Source: Prasinococcaceae sp. CCMP 1430
Lineage: Eukaryota; Plantae; Prasinodermophyta
Direction of reading: 5' to 3'
DNA length: 34,922 nucleotides
NCBI GenBank assembly: GCA_013416795.1
Contig: RQSC01000020.1
Coordinates: 533,763 to 568,684 of the forward strand
The translations under genes were made by a program, and so were the position numbers. Below the pieces are notes generated by a model that was not told the DNA's origin, did not search any database, and saw only the letters and a list, made by a program, of their open reading frames with translations. Position 1 is the stretch's first letter. Each line of letters begins with the position of its first letter. Shown here one piece after another: positions 1 to 8,958 of the stretch.

Positions 1-115
1 GGCGGCACACGCGCGCGGGCTCCCGCGGGCGCGCGCGCGCGCGCGCGCGCAGGCGTCCGTGTGTGCACGTGCGTGCGCCCGCGTGTGCACACACGTGCAG
101 CTTCTTCGGTCCGCC

Positions 116-1222
116 ATGTCAGACATGCGGGCGCTGAGCGAGAGCATCGACAAGGAGATGCGCCTGCGGCAGCGGTGGGAGGACACGTACGGGTTCACGC
201 AGTCGGCCACGCTCTCCAACAAGCTCGGGCTGCGCGGCTTCACGCCGCTCACGGAGAAGCCCAACGCGCGCGCGTATGCGGGGGCGGCGCCCTTCGGCCT
301 GGACGGCGCGGGCAGCAGCGGCGGCGGTGTGGGACCGCACAGGTGCGAGGCGCGCACGCGCGCGCACGCGTCGAAGACGCGATTCGCACGCCGACCACAC
401 ACACTGACACTGACACCGACACCGACACACACACACACACACACACTCGCCAAAGAACGCGGCCGCACCGCGGCACGCCAATGGCGACTCCGCCGCAGCG
501 CAGCACGCTGGTGGGCGGCTCGGCGGGAAAAGCGCGGCCGCCGCCGCTGCGCGAGAAACGCGCCGCGGTCACGCCGCTGCCGCCGCCGCCGCAGCGGGTG
601 CCGCAGGACGACGTCATGAGCTTCATCGCCTCGTGTGAGTCGCGCGCGCTAAAATAACGCACGCGAACACACCCACACGCACTCGCGCTGACGCGCGCGC
701 TCACCGAACACCGACTCCTCGTCCGTCTCCCCCCCCCCCTCTACCCCGCGCGCGCTCATCCGCGGCATGTGCACACCGAACACGCACGCACGCACGCACG
801 CACGCTCGAGCCCGTAGCAGCCGCTGGGACCGCCGGCGGCGACGGCGAGGGGCAGGCGGAGGCGATGGTGCTCAACCTGGAGAACCCGGAGGAGTCCACC
901 CTCGAGGTGAGCGTCGTCACACACACACGCACACAAACGCGCGCGCGCACACACGACCAAGCTTGCACACGCTCACACTCGCGCCCACGCACACACACAC
1001 GCACACGCGCAGGTCCTCCAGATGGAGCTTGCGAAGCTCGAGGCCGGTCCGTCCGCGGCGGACGTGGACGAGGCCGTCGAGGAGGTGGGCACGCTCGAGG
1101 AGGAGGCGCTCACCAAGGCGCTGCTCGCGATGGCGCCGCCGGCCTTCGCCGACGCCGAGGGGGATGAGGCCGGCGCGTCCGTCAAGCGGCGGTTCAAGGT
1201 CAAGTGGCCACTCGCCAGCTGA
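116..1222 (+). CDS. Hypothetical protein, 4 exons (116-342, 456-634, 818-906, 1013-1222); N-terminus weakly resembles ciliary microtubule inner proteins
   Basis: GT-AG introns 343-455, 635-817 and 907-1012 join pieces of four listed ORFs with consistent phases (2,1,0): MSDMRALSESIDKEMRLRQRWEDTYGF...KRRFKVKWPLAS*. An acceptor-like CAG at 98-100 suggests a further upstream (UTR or coding) exon. Confidence 0.6.
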
Positions 1223-1408
1223 GGCGGGGCGCGCGCGCACACACACACGCGCGCGCATGCGTCCGCGCACGACGCACGAGGGGGTAACAGTAGCCGCGTA
1301 GACACGCCGGCGTCGGCGCGTGCGCGCGTGCGTGCCCGTGCGCGCGCGCGTTTGTCCGCGCTCGCGTGCACCCGCGTGCAAAAGGCGCGGCGTTACCGCG
1401 GCCCGCCC

Positions 1409-2241
1409 NNNNNNNNNNNNNNNNNNNNNNNNNNNNNNNNNNNNNNNNNNNNNNNNNNNNNNNNNNNNNNNNNNNNNNNNNNNNNNNNNNNNNNNNNNNN
1501 NNNNNNNNNNNNNNNNNNNNNNNNNNNNNNNNNNNNNNNNNNNNNNNNNNNNNNNNNNNNNNNNNNNNNNNNNNNNNNNNNNNNNNNNNNNNNNNNNNNN
1601 NNNNNNNNNNNNNNNNNNNNNNNNNNNNNNNNNNNNNNNNNNNNNNNNNNNNNNNNNNNNNNNNNNNNNNNNNNNNNNNNNNNNNNNNNNNNNNNNNNNN
1701 NNNNNNNNNNNNNNNNNNNNNNNNNNNNNNNNNNNNNNNNNNNNNNNNNNNNNNNNNNNNNNNNNNNNNNNNNNNNNNNNNNNNNNNNNNNNNNNNNNNN
1801 NNNNNNNNNNNNNNNNNNNNNNNNNNNNNNNNNNNNNNNNNNNNNNNNNNNNNNNNNNNNNNNNNNNNNNNNNNNNNNNNNNNNNNNNNNNNNNNNNNNN
1901 NNNNNNNNNNNNNNNNNNNNNNNNNNNNNNNNNNNNNNNNNNNNNNNNNNNNNNNNNNNNNNNNNNNNNNNNNNNNNNNNNNNNNNNNNNNNNNNNNNNN
2001 NNNNNNNNNNNNNNNNNNNNNNNNNNNNNNNNNNNNNNNNNNNNNNNNNNNNNNNNNNNNNNNNNNNNNNNNNNNNNNNNNNNNNNNNNNNNNNNNNNNN
2101 NNNNNNNNNNNNNNNNNNNNNNNNNNNNNNNNNNNNNNNNNNNNNNNNNNNNNNNNNNNNNNNNNNNNNNNNNNNNNNNNNNNNNNNNNNNNNNNNNNNN
2201 NNNNNNNNNNNNNNNNNNNNNNNNNNNNNNNNNNNNNNNNN
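1409..2241. other. Assembly gap (N run)
   Basis: N run in sequence. Confidence 1.
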
Positions 2242-2463
2242 CCAGCCGGCGCCCGCCGAGGACCAGCCGGCGCCGCCAATGTCGGCGTCGGCGTCGCGGG
2301 AGTCGGCTGCTGCTGCCGCGGCTTCACGCGCACCGGCGGCCTCACCACGGCGGTCGCGGGCCTGGCGGAACTGGCGCGTGCCCTGGATGTCGGGGTCGCC
2401 CATGCCGCGGCGAGCGCGCTCGCCCCTCTGTATCCGGCGCTCCACCTCCCAAGGCGACCACAT
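2242..2463 (-). CDS. Possible 5' part of a minus-strand gene running into the gap (MWSPWEVERRIQRGERARRGMGDPDIQG...)
   Basis: Protein-like open frame with ATG at 2463; no motif recognised; the mirror plus-strand frame is also open. Confidence 0.25.
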
Positions 2464-2699
2464 CTTGGCCTTGGTCGGCGCCGCCCTGCCCCCCCACCCC
2501 CTTCTTGCCCCCGCTCCAGCAGCAGCCGCGCCACCAGCACCACCAGCACCACCAGCGCCGCCAGAGGCACGGCTGGCAGCAGCCGCGCGCGAGCCAGCGC
2601 CACTCGTCGCCAGCACGCTCTCGCGCTCGCCAGCACGCGCGGCGCGTGCGCGCGTGCGCGTCGGTCGCGCGGCTGTCCTCCGCGCGCACGCCGCCCGAG

Positions 2700-3674
2700 A
2701 TCTGGGCGGTGGAGGGCAACATCTCCTCGGGCAAGACCACGCTCTGCCGGCACCTGGAGGAGGCCATTCGCAACGATGCCGGGGGCGCCCCGCTGCCCGG
2801 CGCGTGCGTGGTGCTCGAGCCGGTGCAGCAAGCCTTCCTGGAGCGCCTGTACGCCGACCCGCAGCGCTACGCCTTCGCCTTCCAGCTCAACATGATGCAG
2901 ACGCGCATCACCAGCCTGCTGCGCTCCCAGATGGCGACCGAGGGGACCTTCGTCCTCGACAGGTCGGTGTTCGGCGACAGCGTGTTCGCCGTGCGCAACT
3001 TCCTGGACGGCAACATCGACGAGCGCGAGATGGACATCTACGAGGAGAGCCGCGCGCTCCGCGGGTACGAGAATCTGCTGCCGGGCCCCGCGCGCATGAT
3101 ATACCTCGACGCGTGTCCGGAGGTGTGCCACAGGCGCATGGTGGACGTTCGGCAGAACGAGGCCGAAGCGGGGGTGCCCATCGAGTACCTGGACGGCCTG
3201 GACGAGGTGTACGTCAACGCGGTGCTCGCGCAGGCGGCGCGCTCGGACCCCGCCATCGACATCGTGGTGATGGACGCCTCCAACGGCGCGCTGATCGAGG
3301 GCGGCCGAATTCACGACATCGAGGAGCTCGTGCTCGGGGAGGGCGGCCTCGACGAGAGGCGCGCGAGGTGGCCCCGCAGGTCAAACGTGCGGCTGGCCCA
3401 GAGCTCGGCCGAGGTCGGCGGCGGCGTGCTGTCCTCGTCCTCGACCGCGGTGTACCGCAGCGTCGAGGACTGCGAGGCGTCGCTCGAGAAGCTGGGCGCG
3501 CCAGGCAGCACGGTCGCGGTGTTCGACTGGGGCGCGCTGGCGGAAGGCCCCCTGCCGGGCCCGGGCGCGCAGGGGCTGGCGGCGCGCACCCCGCGCGCAC
3601 TCCGGAGGCGCGCCATGAAGCACCTCGAGCGCGGCGACGACGTCTGGCTGTGCGCCGCCCTTCCGCCGCGCTGA
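2700..3674 (+). CDS. Deoxynucleoside kinase (dNK family), 5' end unresolved
   Basis: P-loop VEGNISSGKTT, EPV, YAFAFQ, DRSVFGD, IYLDACPEVC..R, E..VPIEYL; about 120 aa C-terminal extension; no in-frame ATG between the gap and the P-loop. Confidence 0.88.
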   Translation: MWAVEGNISSGKTTLCRHLEEAIRNDAGGAPLPGACVVLEPVQQAFLERLYADPQRYAFAFQLNMMQTRITSLLRSQMATEGTFVLDRSVFGDSVFAVRNFLDGNIDEREMDIYEESRALRGYENLLPGPARMIYLDACPEVCHRRMVDVRQNEAEAGVPIEYLDGLDEVYVNAVLAQAARSDPAIDIVVMDASNGALIEGGRIHDIEELVLGEGGLDERRARWPRRSNVRLAQSSAEVGGGVLSSSSTAVYRSVEDCEASLEKLGAPGSTVAVFDWGALAEGPLPGPGAQGLAARTPRALRRRAMKHLERGDDVWLCAALPPR

Positions 3675-3784
3675 GCCGCGCCGAGCCGCGCGTGTAGGCG
3701 CCCAGGGACTCGTATTATGCATGCCCGCACTTAGTAGCTACACCGCCACGCCGCGTCGATCGCCCGCCGCGCGCGGCGCGCGCG

Positions 3785-5789
3785 TCACTCGTCTCGCGCG
3801 TCGCCGTGCTTGCCCTTCCTCTTGGCCCTGCGAGGGCCCTGGGCGTCCACGTTGGCAGCCACGAGGGTCGCCATCTTCTCATCCGCGCTCGCATCCACGT
3901 AGCCATTGTCCTCGCCGGTGAGCGTGGCCAGCAGGCATCGCTCCTGCACGCCGTTGGCGAGGAGGTGCACGAGCTCCGCCGAGCCGCGCTCCAGGCTGCC
4001 ACAGGCGACAAGCTCGCTCACGGCGGCCTCCACCTCCCGCATGAAGACCATGAGAGAGCGCGTCGCGCAGAAGTTCTTCATGGACACGACCAGCGCGCCG
4101 CCGCGCGCGCAGAGCGGCGCGAGCGCGCGAACGACGCGCGCGACCTGTCGCGGGTGGATGTTGGCGTCGCAGCACAGCACGTCCAGCTTCCGGCCGCCGC
4201 CGCGCGCGGCGAGTCCCGCCGAGAGCTGCGCGCGCGCCTCGCAGTCCTCGCCCTCCGTGAGCTTGAGCCGGATGTGTGTCGCGTTCGATGGCATGGGAGA
4301 GAGCTCGAGCTCTGTGCGCCAAGCGAGTCGCGCGCAGTGGCCAATGCGCGCGCCATGTCAGCGAGCGCGCCGAGGGCTGCGTGCGCGCGCGCGCGCTCGC
4401 CGGGGGTCGCGCGCGCGCGCTCTCTTTCGTTCGCCGGGCACGCGCGGGCGAGCGCGCGCTTCCCGCTCGCACCTGCGGGGTCGATCGCCCACACGTGCCC
4501 GCTCGCGTCGTCCTGGGCGCCCTCGGCCACGGCCACCTCGCGCGCGTGGGTGATTTCGTGGCACAGCCACTGCGTCCAGCCGCCGGGGCTCGCGCCCACG
4601 TCCGCGCACAGCCACCCTGGGCGTGCCACCACGCCGCGCGCCACCATGCGGCGCTCGGAGGCCTCGGCCATCTTGTAGTACGCGCGGCACTGTGCAGCCT
4701 CACCGCCCGGGCCCATGGCGGCCTGGAGGCGCGACGAGAGCGCGGGAGGATCCATGGGCGGCGCCGCGTCGCAAGAGAGCGACCAGAGCGAGTGATAGGT
4801 GGTGCCGTACACCGTCGCGATGTCCAGGACGTGTGTCGCGCCCCCTGCGGCGAGGGCGGCCTCCTTCGAAGCATCCCCGGCGGCCGACATGAGCCCATCG
4901 GCGAGCGTGCGCGCGTCCGTGTTGGGAAACGCGCGCACGCGCACTCTGGCACCCGACGCGGGGAGCGCCCTCGCGGCAGCGCGCAGCGCCGTGCTCGTAT
5001 CCGCTGCGGGCGCCCCATCGAGGCGCAGCACCCTGTGCGCGTAGGCCATCAGGAATGGACAGGACACGAGCCCTGCGATGGTGGCTTTGGCAGCCGCTGA
5101 GGTGGTCGACGCGTTCGACGCGGCTGTCGTGCGGGAGCGCAACCCGCGTCAGCGTCGCTGCGGGCGCGATGGCGGTGCGCGGCGTGTCGCTCGCGGCGCT
5201 CGCGCGGGCTCGCGCGCGCGCCCCACTCACCTTCGTTGCTCGCACCAACCAACACGAGTACGTTCCCGGCCGCGCTCGGGTCCGCCCGAACGGCGCCCAC
5301 AACCGCGCCCGCGCCGCAGACCTCCTCCGCGCGCTCGGCGGCGCGCTCCGCGAACTGCGGCAAGCACAGCAGCGCCGCATGCGGCTGCGCGAACGCCGGG
5401 TTGGGGGGCGCATGTCGCATGAAGCACTCTTCACCGTGCACGCAGCGACCCGTCGCATCGTACTCGGGGCAGCGGGGGCGCTCCTCCATCGGCACATGCG
5501 CGTACTTGCACGTGAAGCCCTTCTCGACCGCAGGGCACTCGCGGCCGAAGCAGAAGGCCTTGCACAGCGGAACGCCACCGATGCGGGGGATCTTGTTGGC
5601 GCGCGTTCCCACGCCTGTCCGGAGTACCACAGCGAGCGCGGCAGGGCGCGTGTCAGCGCCTGGTGGCGGGCGCCCGCGGTGACTCGCGCCGTGCGTCTGG
5701 CGCGCGCGCGGCCAGGTGCGGCGATGGCGTCGCGCGCGGGAGGGTCGCCTCGCGCGCTCACCCTTGCTGACGAGCCGCACGCGCTCCAA
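3785..5789 (-). CDS. Tandem CCCH zinc finger + RlmM/FtsJ-like SAM-dependent RNA 2'-O-methyltransferase; exons ?-5762, 5614-5231, 5123-4473, 4311-3785
   Basis: Phase-consistent GT-AG introns 5761-5615, 5230-5124 and 4472-4312. Motifs C-x8-C-x8-C-x3-H and C-x8-C-x5-C-x3-H; RAYYKMAEA, DVGASPGGWT, VWAIDPA, DVLCCDAN, VVSMK, HLLANGVQE (K-D-K-E tetrad). Start codon uncertain (TTG at 5789 proposed). Confidence 0.82.
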
Positions 5790-5904
5790 GGCCGGCGCGG
5801 CGCACGTCGGCGCGCGCCGGCGGCCGCTGCAGCCGCCGCGCGGGACGCCGCGATACCAGGCGCGGTCCGCGTCGAATCGAGCGTTGATCACCACCTAGAG
5901 AGCG

Positions 5905-6000
5905 CTGATCACGTGGACCGGACCGGGGTTTAGGTTTTGTACGTACAGTACTGTACAGTGCAATTACGGTAATGTACGGTGTGTGTAAGGTAGGGTTTAT
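5905..6000. promoter_or_regulatory. AT-rich bidirectional promoter core with G-box, five GTAC cores and telo-box motifs
   Basis: CACGTG 5910-5915; GTAC at 5939, 5943, 5948, 5953, 5974; TAGGGTTT 5991-5998; GGGTTTAGG about 5926-5934; lies between two divergent genes. Confidence 0.55.
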
Positions 6001-6172
6001 GAAGCGGCTTTGGCCGTCGGCGGCGGCGCGGCGGGCGCGCACACCGCGCTCGCGGCGCGCGGGGGGCGGGAGGGCTTCTCCGCCGCGCGCGGACGGCGCA
6101 CCTTTTTCCCCCGGGCGGTGGGTGTCCCTCCGCGGCGGCGGCGGCGACGAGGGCGAGGCGCCGCGAGGCCTC

Positions 6173-7650
6173 ATGCCCCGCAGGAAGGGCCGCGAGGTCA
6201 CCCAGGAGTGGCGGCCCGTCAACGGCGGCGGCGGCAGCGAGCGCAGCGGTCGTGGCGCGGACGAGCGCGCTGGTGGCGGTGGCAGCGGCACCGCGCGCTC
6301 GCCTGGTAGCACGGGTGGGGCCGGCGCCGGCGGCGGTGGAAGCGGCAGTAGCGGCAGGTCGCGCGGTCGGCCGCGCGGCAACGTCAACGGTGGCGGAGGT
6401 CTTGGAGATGGCGGCGGGGGCGGAGGCGCACGCGCAAATGCGCAGGGAGGTGCGTGCGCTCGCACGCGCGAGCGCGTGCATGACGGGTAGGAGTGCGTGT
6501 GAGCGCGCGCGCCTGCATGCCGCCGCCGCCCACATCCTTAGACGAGAGTGCTCACCCCTGTCCATCCGGAACGCGCTCGCGCTGGCGCGCACACGCCGCG
6601 CCGGCCACGCACGCACGCGCGTGTGGATGCGCGCGCGCGTCCGCGTCAGTAGACCCTCCCTCCTGCTCGCCTTCGCACACGTCTGTGGACTACTATTTTG
6701 ACAGCTACGCGCACTTTGGAATCCACGAGGAGATGCTCAAGGACACCGTGCGCACGGAAACCTATCGCGACGCCATCTGTGGCAACAGATTTCTGTTCGA
6801 GGACAAGGTCGTGATGGACGTGGGCTGCGGTACGGGCATTCTGTCGATGTTCGCCGCGCGATCGGGCGCGCGGCGAGTGTACGCCGTTGACTGTTCGGAC
6901 ATCGCCGACACTGCGCGCACCATCGTCGCCGCCAACGGCCTCGCCGACACCGTGGAGGTCATCAAGGCCAAGGTGGAGGATGTCGAGCTGCCGGAGAAGG
7001 TCGACGTCATCGTCAGTGAGTGGATGGGCTACTGCCTTTACTACGAGAGCATGCTAGACACAGTGCTCGCCGCGCGCGACCGGTTCCTTGCGCCGGGCGG
7101 CATTGTGTTGCCAGACCGCGCGGCGCTCGTCCTCGCTGGCATCGAGGACGCACAGTACAAGCACGAGAAGATTGAGTTCTGGTCGGACGTGTATGGCTTT
7201 GATATGTCGTGCATCAAAGGGCTGGCCATGTCGGAGCCGCTGGTGGACACCGTCGACGCAGACTCGGTGGTGACTAAGAGCTGCATCGTGCGCCACCTCT
7301 CCATCGAGTCTATGTCCAAGGAGGAGACCACCTTCACCAGCCCCTTTAAGCTCGAGGCCACCAAGAACGACTACGTGCACGCGCTCGTGGCGTACTTCGA
7401 CGTGAGCTTCACGCACAGCCACAAGCCCATGGGCTTCTCCACCGGCCCGCGGTTTAAGCCAACGCACTGGAAGCAGGCCGTGTTCTACCTCGAGGATGTC
7501 ATCACCATCTGCGCGGGCGAGACCATAACTGGCACACTGTCGTGCAAGCCCAACGATAGCAACCCGCGCGACCTGGACATCTCAATCACGTACAGCTTCG
7601 AAGGGGAGAGGTGCAAGGCACATCGGACCATCCACTACCGCATGCGGTGA
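6173..7650 (+). CDS. PRMT1: Type I protein arginine N-methyltransferase, PRMT1-like; exons 6173-6449, 6650-7650
   Basis: [45 protein letters not shown] (double-E loop), THWKQ loop, C-terminal YRMR; phase-1 intron 6450-6649. Confidence 0.95.
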
Positions 7651-8285
7651 GCGTGGGCCTCCGCGAAACGCCAGCCGATTGGGCGAACCCGCTGCGCGCG
7701 CACACACCGTGCACACACAGTACGCTGGCCCCTCGAACACACACACACACACCGGCAGGCGTGGGACATGTCCGACACGGTGCCATCAGCATAAAGACGC
7801 CGTCACGGCTTACACACGTGCGGCACCGCACGGATTGCACTCCTCTGCCCGCCGCGCGCCGCGCGCGGCCGCTCGCGGATGTAGCAGCTCACGCCGCCGA
7901 TGCCATTTTCCTGAGTCGCGTAGAGCGCGCCGCTGCGCCGGGGTCACCAGCGCGGCCGCGCGACGCGCAGAGCCATGACGAGCTCTCTTCCTCCTTGTGC
8001 CGCCGCGGTGACATTTGCGCGAAGGATGGATGGACAGGGCTGCGCATCAGAATGGCCCCTATACACTCGCCCCCGCACCCCCAACCCGCGGTGCCGCCAC
8101 GCGAACGACTGCTGCTAACCCCCGTCGGCACACAGCTCCTGTTGTCATCAATCACACAGGAGATGCCGCCGCTGCATGCGCGGCCGGCTGCCGCCGCGCG
8201 CAAGAGCGCGCGCGCGGTGCTACCTGCCAGCCAACCGTCGAGCTGCCCCGCCCGGGGCACCCCGCTGCTGCACTTTCTCTCGCGC

Positions 8286-8923
8286 TTACATGTCCGGCCC
8301 ACGCGTGAGCGACGCGAAGAGCGAACCTGGCCCCGGGGCCTGCTCGGTAGGCTGCCATGGCGCGCCGTTAGCGGCGCCCGAGCTGCCCTGCCCCTCCTTT
8401 CCCACCAGCGACCCGAACAGGCCTGGGGCGTCACCGCCGGGCATCGCTCCCTGCCACCCTGGCACGGCCTGCGCGGCTGGTGCGACCGCACCGCCTGGGC
8501 CAACGAGCGAGCCAAACAGCCCGCCTTGCGCGCCGTTCTGTGGCGCCTGCTGCTGCCCCTGTTGCGGCGCCTGCTGCTGCCCCTGCTTTCCGCCCGCACC
8601 GCCTGGGCCAACGAGCGAGCCAAACAGCCCGCCTTGCGCGCCGTTCTGTGGCGCCTGCTGCTGCCCCTGTTGCGGCGCCTGCTGCTGCGCCTGCGGCGCC
8701 TGCTGCGATGACGCTCCACCCCGCTGAACCTGCTGCACGGACGCCCCCTGCTGCAGTGCCCCGGGCCTCTGGCCTACGAGGCCGCCGAACATGCCGCTCT
8801 GCGCGCCCTGCAAGCCCCCCCATGACATGTCCTGCTGAGGGCGCTGCGGTTGGCCGCCACCTAGTGCGGGCGTGGCGTCAGTCGCCGCGCCCTGCTGCTT
8901 GGAAGGCGCCACCGCCTGACCGG

Positions 8924-8958
<35 letters not shown>

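Noticed and set aside
5855-5894. Tudor-like peptide VVINARFDADRAWYRG upstream of the methyltransferase
   Set aside because: Only about 14 residues, no remaining Tudor strands, directly preceded by an in-frame stop; probably 5' UTR coincidence
5925-5998. Telomere or interstitial telomeric array
   Set aside because: Only one to two isolated units; better read as telo-box promoter motifs
8486-8688. CRISPR-like or mobile-element direct repeat
   Set aside because: Two in-frame coding copies in a eukaryotic gene; no spacers, cas genes or terminal repeats
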